A stretch of 64,000 bases of DNA from assembly GCA_964016885.1 (NCBI GenBank), contig OZ024740.1, positions 112,468,001 through 112,532,000 on the forward strand, given 5' to 3'. How positions within the stretch are numbered: position 1 is the first letter of the stretch; every line of letters starts with the position of its first letter. The notes under the pieces were generated by a model that saw only the letters and a list, made by a program, of their open reading frames with translations, did not search any database and had not been told where the DNA came from. Positions 13,787 through 25,539 of the stretch are shown piece by piece. Position numbers and translations under genes: made by a program. Source of the stretch: Eledone cirrhosa. Its lineage: Eukaryota.

Positions 13787-14275
13787 TCTTTATTAGGGGT
13801 CACTAAAGAGTGTCTACACCATGGACCTTTATTAGGAGTCACTAAAGAGTGTCTCACATCATTGACCTTTATTAGGAGTCACTAAAGAGTGTCTCACATC
13901 ATTGACCTTTATTAGGGGTCACTAAAGAGTGTCTACATTATTGACCTTTATTAGGGGTCACCAAAAAGTGTCTACCCCATGGACCTTTATTAAGGGTTAC
14001 CAAAGAGTGTCTCACATCATTGATCATTATTAGGGGTTACCAAAGAATGTCTACATTATTGACCTTTATTAGGGTCACTAAAGAGTGTCTCACACCATGG
14101 ACCTTTATTGGGGGCCACTAAAGAGTGTCTCACACCATGGACTGTTATCAGGGGCCACTAAAGAGTATCTCACACTATGGACCGTTATTAAGGGTCACTA
14201 AAGAATGTCAATATTATTGACCTTTATTACGGGTCACCAAAGTATGTCTACATCATTGACCTTTATTGGGGGCCA
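13787..14275. repeat. ~40-bp minisatellite (ttattaggggtcactaaagagtgtctcacatcattgacct), about 12 copies
   Basis: Directly visible tandem units. Confidence 0.92.
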
Positions 14276-14374
14276 TAGCCCAACCATAAAGAAATACACT
14301 ACTGAGGGCTTTATAAAGTCAACTAAATGTAGTATGTAGTAACCATCAACTAAAGGTACTAATTTACACATTAT

Positions 14375-14790
14375 TCATCATCTTCAGCCTAGGAAAGTCC
14401 ATTGTTGGACATACGCCTTCCCTGAACTGTGCCATCTTTGCTGATCCTGAGCCATTTGTGGCCAAAATTTTACAATTGTTTCAAGGTCGTCTTGCCGCCT
14501 TCTGGTGGTCTTGGTTTCTTGTTTGATCTCATGGACTCTAGAAGGTGATGGGGGTGGTCCATCTATTGCCAGTCATTCTGCCAGTGTGTCCCATCTACTT
14601 CCATTTTGCTTTGCTAATGATTTCTAGGATGTTGTGAACTTTTGTTTTTTTTCAGATCCATTCAGTGGTTTTCTTTTATCTTGCTACGAATCTTTCATCG
14701 GCTCTGTGCATTGTCCATAGCTTTAGAGTTTACTGTTTTGTTAGGTTTTCTGATCCATGGTGACAGTCAGCAGATTACACTGGTCATAAA
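14375..14790 (-). mobile_element. Decayed 3' end of a different RTE-type LINE
   Basis: Minus-strand translation gives KQTKVHNILEIISKAKWK*MGHTGRMTGNRWT, similar to the KWKWAGHVARM..NRWT RTE C-terminus. It ends in gatgatga. Confidence 0.7.
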
Positions 14791-14850
14791 CTTGACATTT
14801 CAAGTATTATTATTAGTATATATATTATTAGTATAATTATTAGTATAAGA

Positions 14851-15312
14851 GGGCGGTGGATTGGCAGAATTGGTAGAGGGTTGGACATGCTTTCCAGCAT
14901 AGTTACGTCCCTTTACGATCTGAGTTCAAATCCCACCGAGGTTGACTTTGCCTTTCATCCTTACGGGGTCGATAAAATAAAGTACCAGTAATGCACTGGG
15001 TAATTGCTGGCCTTGTGCCTAAAATAGAAACAATTATATTTCATAATGCCTGCCATTATATTTCATTCCTTTGCCTTTCATCCTTACGAGGTCGATAAAA
15101 TAAAGTACCGGTAATGTACTGGGTAATTGCTGGCCTTGTGCCGAAAGTAGAAACAATTATTAGTATAATCGATCCCGTATGGATGAAAGGCAAAGTTAAT
15201 CCCACCGAGGTTAACTTTGCCTTTCATCCTTAGGGGGTCGATTAAATAAAGTACCAGTAATACACTGGGATAATTGCTGGCCTTGTGCCACAAGTAGAAA
15301 CAATTATTAGTA
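14851..15312 (+). mobile_element. Cluster of three tRNA-derived SINE copies (family S1; one full, two partial)
   Basis: A-box tggcagaattgg, B-box gagttcaaatccc, body gcctttcatccttacggggtcgataaaataaagtaccag, tail gtagaaacaattatt. Confidence 0.9.
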
Positions 15313-15317
15313 TTATT

Positions 15318-16122
15318 CAGTTATTTACCATGCGACCCTCAGTTCCTACCCCCCCCCCTCTCTATGCACTTCTTTAAGGCTTACTACCCTGTCTTTAACC
15401 TAATTCATTCAATCTGAAAATATTGAAGAGATAAGACACTTTCCCATTCTCCTCTGCTAAAATGTATCACTAGAGCTGATTCCAATTTTCCCAGCCAGCC
15501 ATCCATCTAATCTACGAAGGTATTTTAGCCTACATATTGTCGTTAATATTATGATGTTCCCTGCTGTATTAGCGTTAAATTTTCCCTGCTGTATTAGCGA
15601 TAAATTTTCGAGGGTTTCTCTTAGTAGTTTTTTTTTTTTTTCATGACGTTATTATTGTTAATTTTACTGATGTAGTATTAACTTATTAACTTGGATATTT
15701 ACCATGCGGTATTCTAATCCTATTGTATCTCTCTCAGTTATTTACCATGCGACCCTCAGTTCCTACCCCCCCTCTCTATGCACTTCTTTAAGGCTTACTA
15801 CCCTGTCTTTAACCTAATTCATTCAATCTGAAAATATTGAAGAGATAAGACACTTTCCCATTCTTCTCTGCTAAAATGTATCACTAGAGCTGATTCCAAT
15901 TTTCCCAGCCAGCCATCCATCTAATCTACGAAGGTATTTTAGCCTACATATTGTCGTTAATATTATGATGTTCCCTGCTGTATTAGCGTTAAATTTTCCC
16001 TGCTGTATTAGCGATAAATTTTCGAGGGTTTCTCTTAGTAGTTTTTTTCATGACGTTATTATTGTTAATTTTACTGATGTAGTATTAACTTGGATATTTA
16101 CCATGCGACCCTCAGTTCCTAC
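15318..16122 (+). repeat. ~417-bp tandem duplication directly upstream of the full-length RTE ORF
   Basis: cagttatttaccatgcgaccctcagttcctac begins at 15318 and 15735, with a partial third start near 16096. The copies are nearly identical. Confidence 0.9.
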
Positions 16123-19100
16123 CTCACAATTTCCCCCCACCCCCCACCCCCACACACCACCATAGTCTATTCGACCAATCAAACCTAGCATGCCATTTCC
16201 ACTGCTGCTGCTGCTACTACCTGCCTAACTAACTCTCTCCTCCTCTGGCGCATCCCAACACACCCTGCCATTACCCCACCACCACTGTCCTTCTAGCCCT
16301 CAATTTTCCCACCGTTATGGATGGATGAGCTGGGAATACACGAGCAACTCTGAATCAATAGATGAAATATGAATCTGCGAGCTACCAAGCACCCACGTGA
16401 AGCGCCAACCCAGAGACCCTCCCCTACGAGTGTCGACAAATGCCCAAAACTCCGAGTTGGTACCATCAATGTAGGCTCAATGAAAGGAAGAGCAGGAGAA
16501 ATCGTAGAAATGCTAGAGCGAAAGGAAGTTGATGTATGCTGTGTGCAAGAGACTAGATGGAGAGGAGGGTCTGCTAGAGTCCTTGTAGGAAAAAGCCAGT
16601 GCTACAAATTTTTCTGGGTGGGAAATGACGATGGGATGGGTGGTGTAGGTATACTATTAGCTGACAAGTGGGTAGATAAAGTAATCTCAGTGTACAGGGT
16701 AAATGCAAGAATCATTAAACTCAGACTAGTCCTGAATAAGACAATTACCACAATAATATCAGCTTACGCACCCCAATCGGGGCTGCCAGACGAACTTAAG
16801 GATAGGTTTTACGAGTCCCTAATACACACTACTGCTCTAACAGACAACAAGGACTTCCTAATCATTGCAGGAGATTTTAACGGACACGTAGGTAAACACT
16901 GCGACGGCTTCAATAGAGTACATGGAGGCCATGGAGTTGGCACAAGGAATGAGGAAGGATTCAGACTTCTAGAATTCTGCGACGCCAATGACATGTCGAT
17001 ATGTAACACAAACTTTAAAAAACCCGACAGCCACCTGATCACCTATAGATCAGGGGAGCACTCTAGTCAGTTAGATTTTATCCTCATCAGAGGACGTGAC
17101 AGATGGACGGTCGTAAACACAAAAGCCTTCCCTAGTGAGGAATGTACATCCCAACATAGCTTAGTTGTCAGCGACCTCACGGTCAGAACTAGACGAGCCC
17201 TGAAACAGAGGCCAACCTGGAGAAGAAAGATCTGGAAGCTGAAAGTCCCCTCAACCAGTAACAGATTTAAAGATATTTTACTCAACGCCTACGACAGTAA
17301 AGAAGAACAGATAGAGACATTTAACGTAGAAGAGAACTGGGAGTTCCTAAAAAATAACTTACTAGAGGCGACGGATGAGGTTTGTGGCTGGAGTAAGACC
17401 TCAAGCAGGAGGAGAGTGACTTGGTGGTGGAACAATAAGGTAGATGAAGCAGTCAAGGCCAAGAGACAGGCATGGAAAGAATGGAAGAACGGGGGGAGCA
17501 GGGTACATTACATAGAGACCAAGAGGGAAGCTAGGCGACAAGTATACTTAGCTAGGAGGGAAGCAGAGGATAGAAAATTCAAGCATGTTTTACAACGTGA
17601 GGATCAGAAACAGGAGGTATTCAAGATTGCGAGGCAGTGTGTCAGAGATAGTTGTGATGTCATTGGAGAGAAGTGTATCCGGAATGATAAAGGTGAGCTT
17701 GCCCTCACAAGTGCTGAGAAGAAAGATGCATGGAAGAGTCATTATGATAGATTACTAAATGAGGAGAATGCATGGGAAGAAGAGACCCTACCCCACGTAG
17801 ACCCTATAGAGGGACCAGCAGTACAAGTCAGCGGCAGCGTAGTAAGTAAGGCAATCAGAGATATGAAGATAGGGAAGGCAACCGGTCCATCGGGTATAGC
17901 TGCCGAGATGCTGAAGGCATCTGGGTCTGTAGGTCACACTATAACCACACGTATCGTTAACCAGGTAATACTAGAGGGGGCCATACCAAAAGATTGGTGC
18001 AGTAGCATCATTGTCAACTGCTACAAAGGTAAAGGCGATGCACTAGATAGAGGAAACTATAGAGGTATAAAGTTGATGGACCAGGTCATGAAAGTAACAG
18101 AAAGAGTTATAGCACAGCTGATTAGGGACCGGGTGAATATAGACGAGATGCAATTTGGGTTTGTACCAGGGAAAGGCACCACTGATGCGCTCTTCCTTGT
18201 GAGGCAATTACAGGAAAAGTACCTAGCTAAAAGTAAGCCACTCTACTTGGCATTTGTCGACCTTGAGAAAGCCTTTGACAGAGTTCCACGTGCAGTAATC
18301 TGGTGGGCTCTTAGAAAACTAGGAGTAGATGAATGGCTTGTGAAAGCGGTACAAGCCATGTATAGGGGAGCAGTCAGCAAAGTTAGGATTGGCAATGAGT
18401 ATAGCGAGGAATTTAGCGTACAGGTTGGGGGTCCACCAGGGCTCTGTTCTTAGCCCTCTCCTGTTCATCATAGTCCTGCAGGCAATAACGGAGGAGTTTA
18501 AGACCGGATGCCCATGGGAACTCCTGTATGCTGATGACCTCGCACTCATAGCTGAATCTATGGTAGAACTAGAGAATAAATTCCAAACCTGGAAGCAGGG
18601 ACTAGAGAGAAAGGGCCTCAAAGTCAACATGACAAAGACTAAGGTCCTTATAAGTAGACGAGAAAACAGAACCCAGATCCCCTCAGGGAAATGGCCTTGC
18701 TCAGTATGTAGGAAAGGTGTAGGTAGGAACTCCATTCTTTGCCCCAAATGCAAACAATGGGTACACAAGAGATGTAGCGGGATCTCAGGAAGCTTAATTA
18801 AGAATGTAGGATTCACATGCAGCAGCTGTGCTGAAACAGCAAGCAAACAGCCACAGGAAACAAGTACCACCAATCTCTGGGAGGGCCCTGTAGAAACAGT
18901 AGACAGCTTCTGCTACCTAGGTGACCGAATTAGCAACGGAGGTGGGTGCTCAGAAAGTACAATAACTAGGGTAAGAACGGGATGGAAGAAGTTTAGGGAA
19001 CTACTACCACTGCTAGCTGCAAAAGGCTTCTCCCTCAGAATGAAAGGCAGACTGTATGATGCGTGTATCCGAACAGCGATGTTGCATGGTAGTGAGACCT

Positions 19101-19800
19101 GGGCGCTGAAGGTGGAAGACTTACGTAGATTAGAGAGAAACGAAGCCTGCATGCTCCGATGGATGTGTAACAGTAATATACGTGAACGACAAAGCATAAA
19201 TGAATTGAGAGAGAGACTGAGCATAAGAGGAATCAAATGCTGCGTGCAGGAGAGGCGGTTACGCTGGTATGGACATGTGATGCGTATGAAGGATGACAGC
19301 TGCATAAAAAGGTGCAGAGCACTAGAAGTTGATGGAAACCGCGGAGTGGGGAGACCCAAGATGACTTGGGATGAGGTGATAAAAGCCGACCTTACCCAAC
19401 TACACCTCTCAAAGTCAATGACACACGACCGTGACTTCTGGCGTCACGCAGTAATACAGGGTACCCGACCTCCCATGGGTACATGCTGAAGCATATAAAC
19501 AATATGCCCCCCCCCCCCCCCCCCCGCAAGGTGGTCGTGGAGGTGCCACGGCAAAAAAGCACCCAGCCCACACTGTAAAGTGGACGTGTAGGCGCCACGA
19601 AAAAGCACCCAGCACTCACTGTAAATGAGGTTGGTGTTAGGAAGGGCATCCAGCTGTAGAAATCAAGCCAGATCAGTTCCTGTATGAGCAAGGCATGGTC
19701 AGCCGACCAGACACTGCCCACAACAGGACAACCCGTCTAACCCATGCTAGCGTGGAAGAACGGACGTAAAACGGTGATGATGATGATGATGATGATGATG
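16123..19800 (+). mobile_element. Near full-length RTE-clade LINE (subfamily A); 5' boundary uncertain
   Basis: Single APE+RT ORF, ~310-bp 3'UTR and (GAT)n tail ending near 19800. No TSD recognised. Confidence 0.95.
16369..19489 (+). CDS. RTE LINE polyprotein: APE endonuclease, RT with inserted PHD finger, C-terminal domain (1039 aa if one G at 18427-18431 is removed)
   Basis: APE motifs GTINV, VQETRW, SAYAPQ, AGDFNGHVG, SQLDFIL and SQH. RT motifs NYRGIKL, QFGF, FVDLEKAFD, QGSVLSP, YADD and YLG. The two track ORFs join by a single-base shift. Confidence 0.9.
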
Positions 19801-19941
19801 AAATTGTGTACTAAACAGCTGAAATATACACAAAATACATATATGTACATATACAGTACAGGATTAACGTAGTCTGTGTGAATGTGTGTATAAATATAGA
19901 CATTGCATATGTTATCTTAATGTCTTCTCTGTAGTTTACAT

Positions 19942-20820
19942 TCACCATCACTATCATCATCATAAACACCACCATCACCAACCCAGCCATCAACACTACC
20001 ACCACAATTACCTCAATACCCCACCATCACCACCATCACCACCACCACCATCATTGTCATTACCATCATCACCTCCATTGCCAACATCACCATGACCACC
20101 ACCACCATCACAACCATACCATCATTGTCATTACCATCATCACCATGACCACCACCACCATGACCACCACCACCATCATTGTCATTACCATCATCACCTC
20201 CACCACCACCACCACCACCACCACCATCACAACCACACCATCATTGTCATTACCATCATCACCTCCACTGTCAACATCACCATGACCACCACCACCATCA
20301 TTGTCATTACCATCATCACCATGACCACCACCACCATGACCACCACCACCATCATTGTCATTACCATCATCACCACCACCACCACCACCACCACCACCAC
20401 CACCATGACCACCACCACCATCATTGTCATTACCATCATCACCTCCACCACCACCACCACCACCACCACCATCACAACCACACCATCATTGTCATTACCA
20501 TCATCACCTCCACTGCCAACATCACCATGACCACCACCACCATCACCACCACCACCATCATTGTCATTACCATCATCACCTCCACTGCCAACATCACCAT
20601 GACCACCACCACCATCACCACCACCACCATCATTGTCATTACCATCATCACCTCCATTGCCAACATCACCATGACCACCACCACCATCACCACCACCACC
20701 ATCATTGTCATTACCATCATCACCTCCACTGCCAACATCACCATGACCACCACCACCATCACCACCATCATTGTCATTACCATCATCACCTCCACCACCA
20801 TTGCCACTGCCACTGCCGTC
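19942..20820. repeat. Compound (CAC/CAT)n trinucleotide array with higher-order repeat units
   Basis: Repeated catcattgtcattaccatcatcacctcc blocks within CAC runs. Confidence 0.95.
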
Positions 20821-21920
20821 ATTCTTCTTACTGTTTTAGTAAAAGCAAAACTGATTGATCAGGTTCCAATATAAAAATCTACTTCAGGTTTTATGAAAGC
20901 TAGGTGAGGTAGGAATTGGAAGGTTCTCCAAACATAGAATAGTGAAGCCATTTCTCTCTGAACCAATTGATGACAGACCAACTAAGCTTTTTGATTCCAC
21001 TCACAAGTCTGGAACTGTTTTGCTCCACAGTACTGTAGTTCTATAGAACAGCAGAACTACTTCTGAGGATTAGAGAACCTTTTAATTCATATATATATAA
21101 TTTGTAGGTGTGCGTGTGTACACATTTGCAAAGATATAAATATATATATATATGTTTGTATTTATTTATATATACATAATATACACATACACCCGCTTGC
21201 TCTCTTTCTCACTCACTCAATCTCTTACGTGAAGAGGATGCTCCATTGGGACTATACCTTATATCTATACCAACTGCAACTTAATATACGTTGAGTACTG
21301 CCCTGATTTGCCATCTTTCTGTTCTTCGAACTGTGAACACTTCACACACACACACACACACACACATGTATATACATATATATGTATGTGTCTGTTGCCT
21401 GCAATCAAAATCAGTGCTTCACAAAAAATATTCCACAATATCATGTTTAAGGATTTTCTTGAAGTTCAGTTTTGTATTTATATATTTTTTACATTTTTTT
21501 TACTTACTACCTGCTTGTAGCTGTTGTTTTTTTCCGTCAATGTTTTAGTATGTTTATGTGTTTGGGAGCATGAGTGTGTGATTGCCTTTGGTGTGTCTTG
21601 AAATATGTGTGTGTGTGTAAACAGTACTTGAGTGGATGATATAGTCATACCTGTCATATCTTCAGGCTGACTTGAGTGTAAAAGATTTACTACATTTAAC
21701 TCTGAACATTCTATTATGATTTAGAAGAAAATATCTAAAAATAATTTTGCTAATTGAAATGTTTTTACTGTCTTCACTAGTAAACAGATCATTGCGAAAT
21801 TGGCAGTAAATTAAAATAAACACTTTAATTCTTAATGTGATATAGTCATAGTGCTATTTTATACATTTCAAGAAGCATTCTTTGGTAATGTGGTTTCATG
21901 TGGTACTAGATGTTAATAAT

Positions 21921-22352
21921 TGGCGGTACTCAGTAATAGAGAAGACCCGCCTTACCTAAATACAAAGTAAAACCTACTACAGTCAGTAGGCATCTCTAAC
22001 AAAATACACCCCCGTCCCACCACCCCCACCCCATCCACACCGCCCCTTTCAATGTAAAGTTATGTTGGTGCCACAACATCCAGGCCGAAACAAATGAGAT
22101 CGTGTAGGTGTCACAACAAAAAAACACACAGTCCACGCTGTAATGTGGCCGTGTAGGCAACACGGTAAAAACCTCCCAGCCCCACACTGTAAATGTGGTT
22201 GGTGTTAGGAAGGGCATCCAGCTGTAGAAAACCCGCCAGACAGTCCTATGCGAGCAAGACAATCACTCTTGCCTCAAGTGGGAAAACCCCCGTCCAAACC
22301 CATGCAAGCGTGGAACACGGACGTTAAACGTTGATGATGATGATGATGATGA
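21921..22352 (+). mobile_element. 3' end of RTE subfamily B
   Basis: Near-identical to 13170-13717 without the duplication. Ends in (GAT)n. Confidence 0.92.
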
Positions 22353-22449
22353 TATTTATGTGTATGGCTGTGTATTGGGGTTGAGATTTCAGTTTTTTTA
22401 TATATACTTACACATATGCTATTGAGATAATACATATACTTGTGTGTGT

Positions 22450-22800
22450 GTGTGTTGACATGATGTTATATCCAATCCAGGGTCTTCTCACTGCTGTTGG
22501 AGGAACCAGGGTTGACCTCCACTGCTTTATGTTTAGCTTCCGCCATGTCAGGAGTGTAGCCATACTCACTATGCTTGGCCAATTGTTGGTTGGTGAGGCT
22601 ATTTAACCCATAGTTTGGGTGGTTGACTGTTGACTGGGGAATTCATCTGCCCTTTTAATAGCTCTTGTTTTTCTGCTTCTGGGGTTTCATTTACTCTACT
22701 CACCAGACCAGGGTTTGGTGGAGGAGTCGGTTTAGTCGCTGACCAGTCGACCAAGAAGCAGGTTTTACAGAGTTACATGGTACCAGTAGCTGGCAGAAGC
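22450..22800 (-). mobile_element. Probable decayed LINE 5'UTR fragment
   Basis: GC-richer non-coding block whose minus strand resembles RTE-type 5' leaders. Assigned by resemblance only. Confidence 0.35.
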
Positions 22801-23173
22801 CTGACCTGACATATGTTATATACAAGTATACACATATAGTATACCTATGTATTGCTGTATGCATCATGAAAGTTGAGTAGATAATTAGCAACATTTATGA
22901 AACTCTGAGTAGTCTCATGCTGGCTTTTTCATGACACAAAACCATTTTAGTCACTTCTTACAATCACAGGGATATGGCATAACTATTATAAAGCACACAC
23001 ACACACAATTTTATTTTATCTAGAAGTGATATTTACAGGACTAATACTGTTTCATTCAGTGTTTTCATTGAAATCTTATGCTGTATTTAACCTGTAACAG
23101 TTAGTTTTAAATGAAAACTAAGTGAAATACCTTTGCTGTATCAACTACAATTGTAAATACCATACTACTTTAA

Positions 23174-23381
23174 CCCTTTAGCATTTTTACCACCCGTATC
23201 CGGCTAGAATTCTCCCACCTCTTTCTTTTCAAACTGGCTGTAACTGGCTGCTCATATTGATGTTAAGGTATTGTTCTCAAAATAACTAATATCAAAATCT
23301 CATAGATTCAATATTATGTGAGGTAAAACCTTTACCATGAAAATACAATAGTATATACAGAGTAATGTAAATGCTAAAGGG
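23174..23381. mobile_element. piggyBac-type MITE
   Basis: TTAA flanks (23170-23173 and 23382-23385) and perfect 13-bp TIRs CCCTTTAGCATTT / AAATGCTAAAGGG. Confidence 0.85.
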
Positions 23382-23579
23382 TTAAGAGAACATCATTCTA
23401 CTAAATATATCATCATCATCATCGTTTAATGTCTACTGTTCCACGTTTGCATGGGCTGGACAGGTTGCCACATTATGAGACAAGTCAGGTCAGGTAAACA
23501 CATCTTACTCATACGGATCTCTCTTATATACATATATCATCATCATCATCATTATTTAACATCTATTTTCCACGCTAGC

Positions 23580-23968
23580 ATCATCATCATTTTACGTCCG
23601 CTTTTCTCTGCTTGCAAGGGTTGGACGGGTCCTATTCAGCACAGCATCTCTCCACTTGTCATGGTCCTTCGTCATCTCCTCGGTGAGTTTCAGCAATCTA
23701 ACGTCTGCTCTCACCACCTCCGCCCATGTTTTTCGTGGTCTACCTCTACTGCACTTTCCTGGGATTTCTTGGCACTCCTTCACCCATCGGCCATCCTGCA
23801 TGCACATCACATGTCCATACCATCTCAACCTTCTCTCCTGCACACCACAACTTATCCCTCTTATACCCAGTTTCTTTCTCAACACATCTATGCTTAGTCA
23901 TTCACGCACATTGACATTGCACATCCAACGGAGCATACTTGCTTCATTTCTCTCCAGCCGTTGCATAT
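23580..23968 (-). mobile_element. 3' end of RTE subfamily C (ORF runs up to the tail, essentially no 3'UTR)
   Basis: ORF 23592..23885 reads ...QERRLRWYGHV...GRPRKTW...WRDAVLNRTRPTLASREKRT* followed by aatgatgatg. Confidence 0.9.
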
Positions 23969-24088
<120 letters not shown>

Positions 24089-24407
24089 ATATGTACAGAC
24101 GTATGCATTAGTGTGTATATGTACATATGTTTGTTTTTATGTATGTGTATACACACATACACTCTCTCTTAAATACATAGACACTTATGCACACACTCAC
24201 TATCTTTCACTCTCTCACATACATACACACAGACACTCACACACACAATATTTACAAGTTCAATCCATCTGTACTTGTTGCTGTTATCTTTATGAATCAG
24301 TCTTTCTGATAAAGAATACCAGTGTGTATTATTGTGAATGAATGTCTAGATACATGTGCCAGGGTGCTTAGTAATGTATGCACATGTGCATACATGCACA
24401 CACACAT

Positions 24408-24697
24408 TAGTAATAGTAGTGGTAGTAATAGTAGTTGTGGTGGTTGTAGTGATAGTGGTAATAGTAATTGTGGTGGTGGTAATAAAAATAGTTGTGGCGG
24501 TGGTGGAAGTAGTACTTCCACCACCAGTAGTTGTGTTGGTGGTGGTGGTGGTAGTAGTAGTAGTTGTGGCGGTGGTGGAAGTAGTATTTCTGATGGTGGT
24601 GGTAGTGGTAGTTGTGGTGGTAGTAATTGTAGTAGTAGCAGTAGTAATATTAGTAGCTGTGGTGGTGATGTTGGTTATAGTAGTTGTGGTGGTGGTG

Positions 24698-24753
<56 letters not shown>

Positions 24754-24775
24754 TATGGTGGTGGTGGTAGAAGCA
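24408..24775. repeat. (GGT/AGT)n low-complexity array
   Basis: Direct reading of the sequence. Confidence 0.9.
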
Positions 24776-25115
24776 ACAGCACATGGCTGTTGATTTGATA
24801 CTTTAGATCTCATGTACTGCATTGTCAGTCCCCAATGAGAGCTATCCTCTTCTATCTTGCTAAAAATATTGCCTCTATGAGGGATCAGTGAAATTGTGTA
24901 ATGTTGAACCTAGTTAGTACGTTCTAAGTTAGGTGTAGGTAAGTCTAAGTTAGGTGTAGGTAAGTCTAAGTTAGGTGTAGGTAAGTCTACTGTAGAAGAC
25001 AAATAAAAACATGCATCACACTGCTATAGATATATAACATCCTTTATCCAAGACTAAAGAAAACTGTGTTTAAGTATGTGTGAGTGTGTGCATGTATGTA
25101 TGTGTGTGCATATAT

Positions 25116-25147
<32 letters not shown>

Positions 25148-25539
25148 TTATAGTTAATGTAAAGGATGATAAAGTTAATGCACCGAGATACTATAAAATA
25201 GTTTATGAAATAGTGCCTAGCCAGTATCTAGGAGATATGAGTTTCAATTCCTCATAGTGGCCAACTTTTTTTTCCATCTTTTAAGGGGCTTCATTCTATT
25301 TTATAGCATCTCTGTGCATAAGCACATGATCCTTTAAATAAACTCCAGATTCTCTGCCTTTAAAAGTCTGAGAGATCACCTATGTATACTATACATATGT
25401 GTGTGTGTATATATATATATATACTTGTTTTCCATGCTGACAAGGTTTAAATGTCTTGTCTCAGATAACCACACCTTGTTCAGATAATCCAGATTTTATA
25501 TGATTTTTACCTTTTTTTAACGTTTACAGAATACACTAG

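Noticed and set aside
13787-14275. CRISPR-like ~40-bp repeats (also 44885-45200 and 62795-64000)
   Set aside because: Head-to-tail tandem units with no spacers.
14851-14945. tRNA gene-like A/B boxes in SINE heads
   Set aside because: They continue into SINE bodies and tails, and no full cloverleaf is evident.
18421-18453. Programmed ribosomal frameshift between the two RTE ORFs
   Set aside because: Other copies read through this position in a single frame and RTE elements have one ORF. A 1-bp indel is the simpler explanation.
16809-19721. Antisense ORFs over the RTE copies (also 4034-5110 and 11783-12927)
   Set aside because: Shadows of the sense coding frame. They recur only because the copies are homologous.
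19886-20874. His/Thr/Pro-rich ORFs
   Set aside because: Open in several frames on both strands because the trinucleotide repeats lack stops. No splice or domain evidence.
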